DNA of 64,000 nt, taken from positions 868,001-932,000 of the forward strand of contig OZ024763.1 of assembly GCA_964016885.1 (NCBI GenBank), in the 5' to 3' direction. Below the pieces are notes generated by a model. The model searched no databases. It was not told the origin of the DNA and worked only from the letters and a program-made list of their open reading frames with translations. The stretch comes from Eledone cirrhosa. Its lineage: Eukaryota. Below are positions 36,606 to 50,971 of the stretch, piece by piece. The stretch's first letter is position 1; the number at the start of each line of letters is the position of its first letter. The position numbers and the translations under genes were made by a program.

Positions 36606-37136
36606 CGTTAAATGATTATATATATATTTTTTTTTTTTTTTTTTTAAACTTGCATTTTAGACTTAGCTCCGTTTAATTGATTATTTGACTAGTTAATTTC
36701 TACGGACTAAGGAGAAGAAAAATTGGATATATTTTGTCTGACTGTTCTTCAAACTTATAATTTTATATATTCATATATATATATATATGATGGCTGCCCC
36801 GTCGTTATCGAGTATGGCCATTGCACGATATACCATTATTAATAATTATTAATTAATTCTATCGTGCAATGCCTGTGCGTGAAGATATTTTTTAAAGTGA
36901 GGAAAGACTGTGCCACTGAGCCAACCCCACTCTCTGAGGGACAGTAGCTATAACCCAAAAAGAAGTAAAGATCAACATCAGCGGTAACTACTGAGCCGCA
37001 GGTTTTATATCGGAGTTATCCCAGTTTCCTGAGTTGCCTTCTCCTAGAAGAATGCCCTGACAAAGGCTAGGGGTCCTTCACTCCCAGTGGTTTAACACTT
37101 TCGGATGGCCGTTGACTCTTGAGTTCTTCCGCCCTT

Positions 37137-37178
<42 letters not shown>

Positions 37179-37289
37179 AACAAAAGATGGTTAAATATAT
37201 ATTATGTATACTCCAGTCCTACAAACTGTAGAGTGCTTCTTATCCGATATCTGCATTGCTTTATTGTACTACAATAAAACTCACCTCCT

Positions 37290-37291
37290 AC

Positions 37292-37324
<33 letters not shown>

Positions 37325-37601
37325 GACCTGGTATATATACATATACCATATAACATATGTTGATGCCTTAAGGACAGACACTGGTATTTTGGAGACTCAG
37401 GACATAGCAGCGATAATGAGGGACAAAGACCGCTCTAGAGAACTTGTCCATAGATCTCGGGAATTTTACCAGCTCTAGACACAGACCTGCCAACCTCTAA
37501 AAATGCAAACGGGAAGTACCATGTAAAAAAAAGTGCTCCAAAACGGGGAGATTTTACATAATGAAAGCTATACCCATTGACTCTTGAGTTCTTCCGCCCT
37601 T

Positions 37602-37641
<40 letters not shown>

Positions 37642-37890
37642 GACCTGGTATATATACATATACCATATGTTGATGCCTTAAGGACAGACACTGGTATTTT
37701 GGAGACTCAGGACATAGCAGCGATAATGAGGGACAAAGACCGCTCTAGAGAACTTGTCCATAGATCTCGGGAATTTTACCAGCCCTAGACACAGACCTGC
37801 CAACCTCTAAAAACGCAAACGGGAAGTACCATGTAAAAAAAAGTGCTCCAAAACGGGGAGATTTTACATAATGAAAGCTATACCCATTTT
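37290..37890. repeat. About 310-bp tandem duplication
   Basis: cacagacctggtatatatacatatacca...atgaaagctatacccatt occurs at about 37321 and 37638. Confidence 0.85.
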
Positions 37891-38471
37891 CACAAGAAAA
37901 GACATCTCTCACCCACTCCAAAGTGCGTTGGAGTGTGAGATCTCGTTGGACAGAGAGTGTCCTCAAACACTCCTTACAGCAAGTCCTGCCAGAAGCAACT
38001 ATCTCCAACTGATCTGGCTGGATACCCAAGCGTGACCAGCCAAGCTTATGGATGTAATGCACCCATCTTGCTCAGGGTCTACCTCTGGGTCTCCTACCTG
38101 TTGGTTTCGTCCGTAAAATCTGTCCAGCTGATATATACACATATATATATGTGTATATATTGGCTGGACAGATTTTATGTGTGTACGTATGTATATATAT
38201 ACATATATAAAATTAATAAGTATAGACGAGGTGTCAATTTTTCATTATATATACACATACAAACAAACATGTACGTGTATATATATATATATATATATAG
38301 TGTGTGTGTGTAGTGTATATATATATATATACATATGTGTATATACATATTTATACGTGCATTTATCAGTGTATGTATGTATAAATATAAATTAGTACGT
38401 AGAATCGATTAACGTATAATTTCTAACACGAGATCTCTTGTAAATGATAGCCAATATAATATAAGACTTAC

Positions 38472-38529
38472 TGTATGTTTTCCCCAGACATTCGAACAAT
38501 ACAGTTCGATTTACAGTTATTGTCGGCAT
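38472..38529 (-). CDS. FARSB: FARSB exon 1 (start): [19 protein letters not shown]
   Basis: ATG at 38529, donor GTAAGT, 58 nt; conserved MPT start. Confidence 0.95.
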
Positions 38530-40134
38530 GATTATCTATCAATCAGTTTGGTGGTCGATACCACAACGAACTAATAATAATGGACAGGTGATGCAATAAT
38601 GCCGACTTGATAACACAAAAGAGTTACAGACACCACCAGTTGCCTCCCTTGAATGATGGTGGGGGGGGGGGGGCATTAAGCGGACATCACTTAATATAGA
38701 TTTCTTTATTTACCATAAAGGCATAAAAAGAAGGGACAAATACAAAGGGGGAGTTTACATATAATCGAGTAAAAAGGGTGTAACATGAAAATAATCGAAA
38801 ATAACCTCATAGCCCCACTATGAATTTATTACCACATAACTGTTTTAATGTAGATTTTTCAGTGAGATTTCGCTATGTTGTTGTTGATGTAAATTATTTA
38901 ATCTTTTTTATTTGCCATTCGTAGTTGTAGAAATGGCATTACGTTCCTTCTGTATAAAATCTATGACATTATCCTGATTGGCAGATTGTCGGACGCCATG
39001 CTTTGCAGCATAGTTACGACTCTTTATGATCTGAGTTCAAATACCGCCGAGGTAAACTTTGCCGTTTATCCTTACGGGGTCGATAAAATAAAGTACCAGT
39101 AATGTACTGGTTAATTGCTGGCCTTGTGCCAAAAGTAGACACAATTATTAATTAATGACTTAAAATATCGCACTTCAACTTCAATACTCATGTTGGACCT
39201 CAGTCGGTTCAGAACGACGAGTGTCCCGTGTGTTGCATCAACGGAACAGCTTGCTCGTGAAATTAATGCAAGTGACTGAGCATTCCATGGATACGTGTAA
39301 TGAATTTTGGAGATTCCGCGGGACATTATGTTAAAATAAAGTACCAGTAATGCACTGGGTAATTTGCTGGCCTTGTGCCTAAAGTAGAAACAATTATGTT
39401 ACAAAGCCAGTTCGGACGGACTCCTTTTAATTACAAGTACAATTCACTGAGGGGGGAGGTGACAGCAGAGTGGACTGGAACAATATGAAAGAAAGTGTCT
39501 TGCTTAAGGGTACAACGTGCCGCCAAGAACTCACTAAACTCTAAACCACGAACCTTTATCGTGGAAAAACACACTTTAGTAAGGTTGTTACGATTAAAGA
39601 ACATGGCGATTTCTTCGTTTCGTTTCATCTATCCAGAGTTTCATTTTTTTTAATTCATTCGTTAGGGTTAGCTGTAAACCGGTGTTGATGTATAATGTTC
39701 CTGACGAATTAATTGTTTCTACTTTTGGCACAAGGCCAGCAAATACCTCAGTGTATTACTGGTGCTTTATTTTATCGATCCCGTAAGGATGAAAGGCAAA
39801 GCTAACCTCGGTGGGATTTGAACTCAGAACGTAAAGGGTCATAACTTTATGCTGCAAAGCATGGTGTCCGACGCTCTACCGATACTGCCAAACTTATTAC
39901 AGACAGCTGGAACGAAAGAATTTAAAAAAACTGAAACTCCGGATAGCAGAAACGAAACGAAGCAGTCGTCCAAGCTTGATGAAATATCGATACAAAAATA
40001 TATATAATTGATATTGTATCGATATAGTTTCGATATTGTTACTCAAAATTCAAAATAAATAAATACGGGGTAGATGTGAACTCCATAACCCATGCAGACG
40101 GTAGCTCGTCTAGGAAGCAGTTTAGGGAACTGCT

Positions 40135-40390
40135 AGAAAAGGTTTCTCCCTATGAAACTATGTATGAAGTGCCATGGTACATGGTAGTGAGACATGGGCA
40201 GTGAAAGCAGAGGATATGCAAAGGCTGGAGCGAAATAAGGCAAGCATGCTTCAATGGATATGTAATGATGTGTGAGAATGACAAAGCAAGGATGAACTGA
40301 GAAAGAAACTGGGTATAAGAGGAACCAGAAGTGGTGTGTAGGAGAGGAGACTATGTTGGTATGGACATATGACACATAGATGATGATTAC
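40135..40390 (+). mobile_element. Degenerate RTE LINE fragment
   Basis: catggtagtgagacatgggcag..gaggatatg..ctggagcgaaat matches 47150-47350. Confidence 0.75.
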
Positions 40391-40733
40391 TGAATCTGGT
40401 GTAGATATAATTGACTATATCGAGGCAGTGCCTAGCTTGGCCACAGTCTCAGTTAAAAAAAAAAGAACAAAAGAATTTGATTTTCGTTAAAATAATCTCT
40501 TTATTAATTACTCTATTTTCTTATATTTTTGCACAAATAAAATAATTTCGGTCATGTTTTGCATAGATTTTCATGGAAATATATAACAAAGTTGATCGAT
40601 TTAAAATAGGGAAAAATAGAAAATAAAATATGTTAGTGCTTTTTTCTTTCTTTTAGTAGTTTTTCTTGTTTTTGTTGTACCTCAGTCTTCACACTACAGT
40701 GGAATGTTACATATAGTCACACAAACACATATG

Positions 40734-40766
<33 letters not shown>

Positions 40767-42536
40767 GGCAAACAGAAATAAAGCAAACACACATTTATGT
40801 GAGTGCGTTTGTATGTGTGTGTGTGTATCTGTATGTGGTTGACAGCTGAGAGAATGGAGTACTCAATACCGAAGTAGAGTTTTAATATTCATTTTATTGA
40901 GGCTAAATAGTGAGTCTTGTTACTCTGGAGTTTTGCCTGTTTATCACAGGATCAGCCATTGTGTTCTTGGGCAAGACCCTTTATTTCACATTGCTCTAGT
41001 CGACTGTGCCCTCGAGCAAGACACTTTATTTCACACTCCAGATAAAATGAATATATATACACACACACACATATAAACATATACATAGACATATATATAC
41101 CTATTAATAAATATATATAAACACACACACATAAAATAGAATATGTATACGCACATACACACACACATCCATTATCTGAAATGAAGACAATTTTATGCAG
41201 CTGATGCGCCATGTAGACTAACCAATTTCAGAGTCGTTCAAGTGTTGGACATTACTTCAAAAATAAATTTGATTGTTTTAATTCTTTGTTTTATTTCACT
41301 CTAAATTGTCTGGGATGGTTAGTATATAACTTCATCCTTTAACATTTAGATTACACTATATATATATATAACTGTTTTTTTTGTGGTAAAGGCTTTACCT
41401 CACATTATCTCACATAATATCAAATCTGAGATTTTGATGTTATTTATTTTGAGAACAATAACTTATCAGTATGAGCAGCTGGTTATGGCTGGGTTGAACA
41501 GAAAGAGGTGAGAGAATTCTGGCCAGATATGGCTAGTTTAAATGCTAAAGGGTTAAAGTGTTTGGAGAGTAGATGCTTGAATAAGTTTAATATCTCCTGT
41601 TTTCCTATATGAAACACTTGGGTCTAAAATCTATCTTTTATGTAGTCACCAGTTATACATGGTCAAGAGTTCAATTCACAGACCAGGCGCTGAATTGTGT
41701 CCTTGAGCAAGACATTATTTCACATTGCTCCAGTCCACTGTGTCCTCAAGCAAGACACTTTATTTCACATTGCTCCAGTCCACTGTGTCCTCAAGCAAGA
41801 CACTTTATTTCACATTGCTCCTGTCCACTGTGTCCTCGAGCAAGACACTTTATTTTCACATTGCTCCAGTCCTTTATGTCTGAGCAAGACCCCTTAGACA
41901 AGACACTATCACATTATAGGAGTTTTTTCTGATTCACTGAAATCTGAGTTCAAATCCCGCCGAGATTAAATTTGCCTTTAACTGTTTCCCAGGATCAATG
42001 AGGTAAAAAATAAACCATTTATGATCATAAGTCCAACACGCTTACCACTAGACCTCACACCTCAACACAGCCAAACCTGCACCTATATTAACTTCATATA
42101 ATTTCTCGCAAACGATTTATTGCAAAACTCATCTAAGAGCAGGCTAATGTAATGTTCTGAAACAATAATAGCTTTTAATCAATGGTAAATACATCTGTAA
42201 TGTGAGGAGGAAAAGTCCAGAAAATTAACAATTCTTTTCATGTAAGGCAAGGGGGACAACTCTATAATTTAAACATTAAAAATTAAATGAATTATGTTGA
42301 AGAGGTGCAACAGCAGTAAAATTGTAAAAGTTTTAAAATGCTGCAATTCTTTCATCAATTGAATAGTTGGGTCATTAAATTAATGTGCAAGTGTCTAAGC
42401 ATTCCAGAGATACATGCACCGGTAATATAGTTCTCAGGGAGATTCAGAACGGCAGTGTGTAACAAGGCTGGCCCCTAGCATAACAACACTTCCGTTTTTC
42501 AGTAATTCATGCACCTTCACACGATATGTATACATG

Positions 42537-42589
<53 letters not shown>

Positions 42590-43399
42590 TTATGTTTGGA
42601 CCCTATACATATACACATATATACAAATACACACATATATATACATACACACATACATATATATACACACACATACTAAAGTATAATTGTCAGACAAAGT
42701 AAATAGAACTGTTTATCATTTGAATAAAAAAGTTATGTCATGTGGGTAATCAAACTACCCTTTTTACTTCATGACTTTATATATTGCCGAGTCTCATGTA
42801 GGATGAAAGTGCTAGACTCAAATTATAAACGTTTTATTTTTTAAAAATCCAAGTGATAAACAGTGTTTTATTACTTCTGACAAGTATACTTCATTAATAT
42901 ATTACTCTGTACACTACTGAAGACATAGCTATATATATATATTATTATCAATGATTCTTCGTTTCTCTGCTAGCAAAACACTTCCACATGTATATTGGTA
43001 TATACACACACTATATGCACAAGTGTATTTATACATACTGTTATATATATTTTATATATTTACACCAGTATATACACATAATATACACAAGACAAGATAT
43101 ATACACAGGATATATACTGGTATATACACAGGATATATACTGGTATATACACAGGATATATACTGGTATATACACAGGATATATACTGGTATATACACAA
43201 GATATATATACTGGTATATGCACAAGATATATATACTGGTATATACACAGGATATATACATACATGTGTATATACACAAAATATATAGATAGGCTTGTAT
43301 GATAAAATTGTGTGTACAGGCCTCAAAATATACGAATATACAAATAAATATGTCTGCATGTATTTACGTTTGACAGTAAAGTGAAATGATGGCAATACT

Positions 43400-43901
43400 T
43401 TATGGCAAGTCGTTGAGTTTGTTCTCAACAAAGAGCTGCTGTAAAGTATCATAAATTATTCGAAAATGTTCTATAACTCTGTCAATCTCTGTGTTGTCAT
43501 CTTCGTCTGTTTTCAGCTTGGCAACGAGCTGAGATTTCTTGGGAAGGGCGTACATGGCAATATAAACCCCTTGTCTGACAAGCCAAGGGTGGAATTTACA
43601 CAGCGTGTCGTCGTAAGCTTTCTGTGTTACTGCAGAAAGTTTCTCATCTTCCTCGGCGTGTCTGATTCCTTTGATAAATTCCATCACAAATTCAAACGCT
43701 CGGTGTAATCGGAGGAGCGTCCTGCTCCCAGATGAACTGTTTTTTGTTGTGATTTCCTTTTCAATCTCGTACTTCATCATCGTGTTGACTGTGACGTAAT
43801 TCTCTCCCTCCGAGGAATTTCGGTATTTGTGTAATATTGATAGCTTGCCGCTCACTTCCGAAGCTACAAACATGAAACCTTTCCCAAGAAGCAGTATAAA
43901 T
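43400..43901 (-). CDS. CPTP: Ceramide-1-phosphate transfer protein (GLTP fold), exon 2
   Basis: FMFVASEVSGK, SGSRTLLRLHRA, FHPWLVR, and C-terminal LNDLP*; acceptor ttccag. Confidence 0.92.
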
Positions 43902-44052
43902 CTGGAAGAAAAGATATTAAAAAAAAATTTTTTTATTAAATTAAATAAAAAGAGAGGGAGAGAGAAATTCAAACGAAAAAATTTGTCACATATGTTAAAG
44001 ATGGAGATAAATGATTGAAAAATGACAAGAGTTTTTTAAAAGAGAGAGAAGG

Positions 44053-44099
<47 letters not shown>

Positions 44100-44859
44100 T
44101 GAACAATGTCAGCAAGGTTTGGAAAAAGAAAAGAAAAAAATTGAATGTAAAATTGCCAAAAAAGATTTTAAAAAAAGACTGAGTATCTACTGGAGCAACA
44201 TGAAATGAAGTGTCTTGTTCAAGAACCGAACACAGCCTAGTCCAGGAATCGAACCCGCAACATTATGATCATAAGACCAGATCCTAACTTCAAGGTCACA
44301 CACTGTCTACATATTCTATAAGGTGGGCGGGAGGAGGGCAGCCTAAAAAAATATGAATTTTAAAGATATGTTTTGCGGCATAGAGTTACGCCCTTTACGT
44401 ACTAAGTTCGAATCCAACTGAGGTTAACTTTCCCTTTCATCCTAACAGGGTCGATAAAATAAAGTACCAGTAATGCACTGGGGTTGATTTCATCGACTTT
44501 CCCCTCCTCCCCAAAATGGTTGGCCTTGTGCCTAAATCAGAAACTAATATATTACAAGAGTATAAAGCACATAGGGCAGGGCTCTGATAATATAGGGCAG
44601 GGCCCTGACAATGTAGGGCTCATAGCAGATGGTACTAGGTTAACCCAGCACTGGCTTTTATATGCTTAGTCAGGGCCCTGGGCTCACAACAGATGGTACT
44701 AGGTTAACCCAGTACTGGCTTTCAATATGCTTGATCAGGGCCAATTTGTAGCTAAACAAGAGATCCCCACTGAGTGACAGGGAATGAAATTATGTTGGTA
44801 ATATTAATACAAAATATAGTAGGAGGTTTGCCAATGTTCTGCAACAGGAAGATCAGAGG

Positions 44860-47583
44860 CGTGCCGTGTCCCACATTGCAAGGCAGTGTGTCAATGCAAA
44901 TCAGGATGTTGTTGGAGATAAATGTGACCGGAATGATGCCGGTGCACTTAGTGTCACGAATGATCAGAAAAAGGAGGCCTGGAAATGTCATTATGAGAGA
45001 CTGATGAATGTGGAGAACGAATGGGAGAGAGAGAAATTACCCTCAGTAGATCCGACAGAGGGACCAGCTATTGAGATTGACGAATATAGGGTCCAAGAAA
45101 CGATTAAGGAAATGAAAAATGGTAAGGCTGCCGGACCATCGGGAATAGTTGCTGAGATGCTGAAGGCATCAGGGGACGTAGGCACTAAACTGGTTGCACG
45201 CATCATCAATCAGGCTATATATGGTGGTGCCATACCCAAAGACTGGTGCAGCAGTATTCTCATAAATTTCTACAAAGGTAAAGGGGATGCTCTGGAGAGG
45301 AGCAATTATAGAGGTATAAAACTGATGGATCAGGTTATGAAAGTGGCAGAAAGGATATTAGCACAACTAATTAGAGAAAGGGTCAAACTAGATGAGATGC
45401 AGTTTGGTTTTGTGCCTGGGAAGAGTACAACAGATGCCCTCTTCTTGGTGAGACAATTACAAGAGAGGTTCTTAGAGAAAAATAAGCCACTATACTTAGC
45501 CTTTGTTGACCTAGAGCACAGGTTCTCAACCCATTTAGGCCAAACGTCCCCTTTTGTCCCTCGAAATCACGAAACGCCCCCCCCCCCCCTCTTTTTTTTT
45601 CCATTTTTCAATATACTACTAATTTTTATATCAGTAGATTACTAAAAAATTGATTAACAATATTCCAAAGATGTGTGTATTATCTGATTATGTGTTGTAT
45701 GTGGTCCTAGATGTGTGTATTATCTGATTATGTGTTGTATGTGGTCCTAGATGTGTGTATTATCTGATTATGTGTTGTATGTGGTCCTAGATGCGTGTGC
45801 TACTCGCTTCTGTTTTTTTCTTTTCTTTTTTTTTTATTTGTAATATTATTTATACAATAGGGAATAAAATAGATCTACATAGTGTTAACTCGTTACGGTT
45901 CAGTCAATAATTTCAGACATGAAATACATTGTTATCGGTGAAGGAAAGATAAGATTCTAACTGGCTGCGCTCAAAGTGTCCTTGATCCAGTTGACTGTGG
46001 GTTTTTTTCATTTTTAGGGTTTCAATTACTGGTTAACGTCTCAATTACCAGTCATGCCTGCACACCTGTTCACAGCTGCAGTCAGACTATAGTTATGCTG
46101 TCTGCAAGCTCATTCAAATGCATTCACACAGGCTGTCTCAAAGACATACAAATATGGCTTATAAAACTTACCAAAATAAAGAGCCTTCCAGCAGCGCCCC
46201 CTAACCCCCCCCCCCCCTCCCCCAGCTCCAAACGCCCTCCTAACGCGACCTTGCTCCTAAAAACCCCCCTTGGAGTTCCAAAACGCTCCCCGGGGGTGCA
46301 TATGCCCCCCGTTGAGAACCTTTGACGTAGAGAAGGCCTTTGATAGGGTACCCCGATCTGTCATCTGGTGGTCCCTAAGGAAACTAGGTGTTGAGGAATG
46401 GCTTGTGAGGACAGTGCAAACTTTGTACAGAGGTACTGTCAGTAAAGTCAGGGTAGGAATGGAGTTTAGTGAGGAATTCCAGGTACAAGTAGGAGTACAT
46501 CAAGGTTCGGTCCTCAGCCCGCTCTTGTTCATTATAGTCCTCCAAGCCATAACAGAATAGTTTAAGACTGGCTGTCCATGGGAACTTCTCTATGCTGACG
46601 ATATGGTTCTTATAGCAGAATCAGTAGAGGAGCTAGAGAATAAATTCTGGCTATGGAAACAGCAGTTGGAAGCAAGAGGACTGAGAGTGAACCTAGCTAA
46701 GACAAAAGTGTTGATGAGTAGAAAAGAGGACAAAACTGATTCCGTCAGGGAAATGGCCATGTTCGATATGCAAAAAAAGAACTGGCATAAATTCTATAAA
46801 ATGCACACGATGCAGATCCTGGGTACACAAGAGATGTAGTGGGATAGCAGGCAAACTAACAGTTAGGGAGAAATACGTATGCAGTAGATGTACAGGGAAA
46901 TTAGACAGTAGAAGTCGCATTGATAGACACATTTTTCAAATGCAGGCAGGTGCTATAGCAATGGTGGATAGCTTCCGGTACCTAGGAGATCAGATTAGCA
47001 TGGGAGGGGAGTGTTCCGAGGCCATAGTATCTAGAATAAGGACAGGTTGGAAGAAGTTTAGGGAGCTGCTCCCTCTGCTGACGAAGAAGGGTTTCTCCCT
47101 GCGTACGAATGGCCGGTTATATGATGCCTGTGTGAGGAGCGCGATGCTGCATGGTAGTGAGACATGGGCAGCAACTGCAGAGGATATGCGACGGCTGGAG
47201 AGAAATGAGGCAAGCATGCTCCGTTGGATATGCAGTGTCAATGTGCGTGAACGACCCAGCATGGATGTGTTGAGAGAGAAACTGTGTCTGATAGGGATAG
47301 AATGTAGTGTACGGGAGAGGAGACTGAGGTGGTATGGACATGTGATGCACATGGAGGATGACCGATGGGTGAAGAAGTGCCAGGAAATGCCAGTTGAAGG
47401 AAGACGTGGTAGAGGTAGACCATGAAAAACATGGGCGGAGGTGGTGAGAACAGACCTCAGATCGCTGAAGCTCACGGTGGAGATGACAAAGGACCGTGAC
47501 AAGTGGAGAGATGCTGTGCAGAATAAGACCCGTCCCACCCTTGCAAGCAGGGAAGAGCAGACGTAAAATGATGATGATGATGA
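44860..47583 (+). mobile_element. RTE-clade LINE (5'-truncated, degenerate ORF2), in the CPTP intron
   Basis: KAAGPSGI, YKGKGD, QFGF, FVDLE/KAFD, GVHQGSVLSPLLF, YADD and RRLRWYGHV motifs. In-frame stop at 46558 plus frameshifts; (ATG)n tail. Confidence 0.93.
45517..46324. mobile_element. hAT (Charlie-like) non-autonomous transposon nested in the RTE
   Basis: TIR CACAGGTTCTCAAC / GTTGAGAACCTTTG; 8-bp TSD acctagag/acgtagag. Removing it restores DLEKAFDR. Confidence 0.88.
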
Positions 47584-48141
47584 CGATAGAATAAGGTGTG
47601 GTCTTTTGTTGGATATCCGTCAGTTGTAACGATGAGTGTTCCAGTTGTTCAATCAATGGAACAACCTGCTTACGAAATTATTCCACAGACACGTGTACTT
47701 TTAATGTAATTCTCAGGGAGATTCAGCATAACTCAGTATGTGTGGCAAAGCTGACCTTTTGAATTACAGGTACAGTTTATATTCCACAGACACGTACTTT
47801 TAACGTGATTCTCAGCGAGATTCAGCATAATACAGAATGTAGTAAGACTAGTTCTACAAGTCATTTGATTTTTGTAAATTGTCCTTATTTACATCCGTCT
47901 TCATAATTATTCGATACTCGGGTGTAGGAACCAAAAAAAACCCAGTAATTTACGACGCTTTCCTTCAATCACACAACACACCGAGAATCGAACACACGAC
48001 ATTATGATCGTAAGCAGAACAACCTAACCACTCAGCTTTATATACCTTCAAGTGAACAGGTGCTTAAATAATTGCAACAAAAAATAAACTTATATAACTA
48101 GTTTAATGACCTACAACCGCTGTTTTTAGTCCTAGCTTTCC

Positions 48142-48182
<41 letters not shown>

Positions 48183-49665
48183 TATTTTTTTAATGAAATT
48201 TTTCAGAGATATATTTTACAAGGTGGATATTACGATAACGTTGAAATAAATTATAATTTAATTTATTTTTATATAGTTTGGTTCGTTAACGCTTTCATTT
48301 ACTCGAATCCTTTAAATGTGGGTTTGTATGAAATAATGGTTAAACACCTTCACCCAGTTATTCCTGAGAGGGTCGTGGGGGCAGAGTCCTCAAACACTCC
48401 TTCCAGTGGTTGCTGTCAGAACCAACCACCTCCAACTGATCCGGCTGGATCCCCAAGAGAGACCAGCCAAGCTCATGGATGTTATCCAACCATTTTGCTC
48501 AGGGTCTACCCATGGGTCTCCTGCCAGTTTTTTTTTTTTTTTTTTTTTTTTTTTTGCCCCGTAAAAATCACATGTCTATAGTATCGGAGCTGTGATCTCT
48601 CAATTCAGAGAAGTAGCAGCTCTAACTGGAGTGACTCTCTGATCTCCAAACTACAAATCTGTCCAGTGATTCTTTCCTGAGACATTCTAACCACATGCCC
48701 ATAGTATCAGAGCTGTGATCCTTCAAATCAGAGAAGTAGCAGCTCTACCTGGAGCGACTCTCTGATCTACAAATCTGTCCAGCGATTCTTTCCTGGGACA
48801 TTCTAACCACATGTCCATAGGGTTAGACATAATGTTATTAATAAAAAATAATCAATCAAGATAATGTCATTGATTTATTTTATACAGGAGAAAGGTATTG
48901 TTATATCTACAGGTGTTAATTGCGAGGCGACGGAAAAGAATTATTAATTTCTTAAATTTCAACACCATGGAAAATTATAACTTAGCAAAATTTCAATTGT
49001 AGAATCGGTAGAATGTCGGACAACATGCTTTGTGGCATATAGTTATGGCTCTTAACGATATGAGTTTAAACCCCGTCGAGGTTGATAAAATAAAGTACCA
49101 GTAATGGACGGTGTTTGATTTAATCCACTCTCCCCTCTTACCCCAAATTATTGTGCCGAAATCATTAAATCCTTATTGTTACCGGAGGATTCCCGAAAGG
49201 TATCGAGAGGTGACCACAGAGAAAAGAAAAGGGTACTCAAAACGTTATAGAGAAGATCTTTATATTACATAGAAACGACTTCTACAGGACTAGACCCGTT
49301 TCGTTGAACTGAAACAGAATCTGGTCCCGTAGTAGTAATTTCTATATAATATATATATATACACACACATACACACACACAAGATGTCACAAAAAAAATC
49401 TATACACAGATTACCTGTACAGGTAATATTTATTAGAATGCTGTTGAAGTGTATATATATACACTTGGGGGGGGGGGGCTGTATATAAGTTATATACGTG
49501 TGTCAGTGTGTGTATGAGAGTGTACGAGTGTCAGTGCGTGTGTGAATGAGAGTGTAAATTATTATCAAAGTTATATATGTGGTGTGTGAGAGAGAGAGAG
49601 AAACAGAGAGCACTACCCTGGTAGTTATGCAAAACAAACGAGAGTGATCAATCAACAAACCATAC

Positions 49666-49781
49666 TTAGTGATTTCTTTGTATGATTCTAAATAAGCGTC
49701 CATTGATAAACTGTTGTCTTGTAATAAGGTTTTCTGGAGGGCATTGGCCAAGTTTTCCAGTTTAAACGCAGCCTCAGACAT
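49666..49781 (-). CDS. CPTP: CPTP exon 1: MSEAAFKLENLANALQKTLLQDNSLSMDAYLESYKEIT
   Basis: ATG at 49781, donor GTATGG, phase 2; joins exon 2 to give 205 aa. Confidence 0.88.
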
Positions 49782-49945
49782 CTTGGTGGTAAAAAAGGTA
49801 CAACAAACAATACACCACGGAAGGAGAGAAATAGAGCACGACTAAGTTACACCCAATAAATTGACATTTTTATAGTAAAAAAAAATAAATAAATAAAAAA
49901 TTTACTGCGGTACTGTTTTTATGGACACGCACACACATACATATG

Positions 49946-49978
<33 letters not shown>

Positions 49979-50664
49979 CACATATATATATATATACATA
50001 TGCATATATATATATATACACACGCATATATATATATGTACACATATGCATATATATATACATACATATATATGCTAACGTGCACATATACGCGCAACAC
50101 ACACAAATATATATATGTATATATATATGTACACACATTTCGTTACACGAGTAAAAAACGTAAAGTGTGATACTTCTAATAAGATATCAATTAATTAAAA
50201 ACTGATTCATAAATAACAAAATAATTTTTTCTATAAATATTTCAAACATTTAAAGCCATTTATTTATTAAAACAAAATAAAACTAAAACTAAAAATAATT
50301 ATAATAATTATATGAACTGCTGCGGTCCTTTCCTGTGTTGTTAAGTTTGTTGGAAGTACTTTATCTCTAATTAACTCAACTGTATTAATTAGTGAGATTG
50401 AATAAGCACCTTGCATGTAGTTGATTGTTCGACATAGTAGCTAAGCAGAGCTTGATTGCTCGCCTCAATAGCTAAATAGGACTTGATTGTGTCAAGTCTC
50501 TAGCTAGTCTATATAACTTTAAATGTAATCTGACATGACATACACACAACTTCAATCACGATCTTATATGACACACATATATATATATACACACAACTTT
50601 AATAACAATCTTATATGATATATATATAACTTAACGATCTTACATGATATATATATAACTAACG

Positions 50665-50703
<39 letters not shown>

Positions 50704-50833
50704 CAAAGAAAGTGTGGTAAGGTACCAGGTGGACCATAACGCACCAGAGTACTCGATACTTAGGGTAGTAGAGTGCGTTCGGATCTAGCCGTCGAAACGG
50801 CTGGAACTCAGCTGTAGGGGCACTGACTGTTTT

Positions 50834-50886
<53 letters not shown>

Positions 50887-50943
50887 CAATCTGTTGTAGA
50901 TTCTTCCTTCATTTTTCTTTCTTTCCTCAAATTATTTACAACC
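49782..50943. promoter_or_regulatory. Putative shared bidirectional promoter region for CPTP and INTS11
   Basis: Divergent start codons 1162 bp apart. Transcription start sites cannot be determined from sequence. Confidence 0.55.
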
Positions 50944-50971
50944 ATGACTGACATGAAAGTAACCCCTCTCG
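50944..50971 (+). CDS. INTS11: INTS11 exon 1: MTDMKVTPL
   Basis: accATG start, donor GTGAGA, 28 nt. Confidence 0.9.

Larger units (their letters stand above)
7595..38529 (-). other. FARSB: FARSB gene span (19 coding exons, 592 aa phenylalanine-tRNA ligase beta subunit)
   Basis: Exons join in frame to 1779 nt, from [37 protein letters not shown] to [17 protein letters not shown]. The product is colinear with eukaryotic PheRS beta. Confidence 0.97.

Noticed and set aside
43902-43972. N-terminus of the 190-aa ORF 43400-43972 as the true CPTP start
   Set aside because: It is intronic sequence upstream of a clear acceptor; exon 1 at 49666-49781 supplies the homologous N-terminus.
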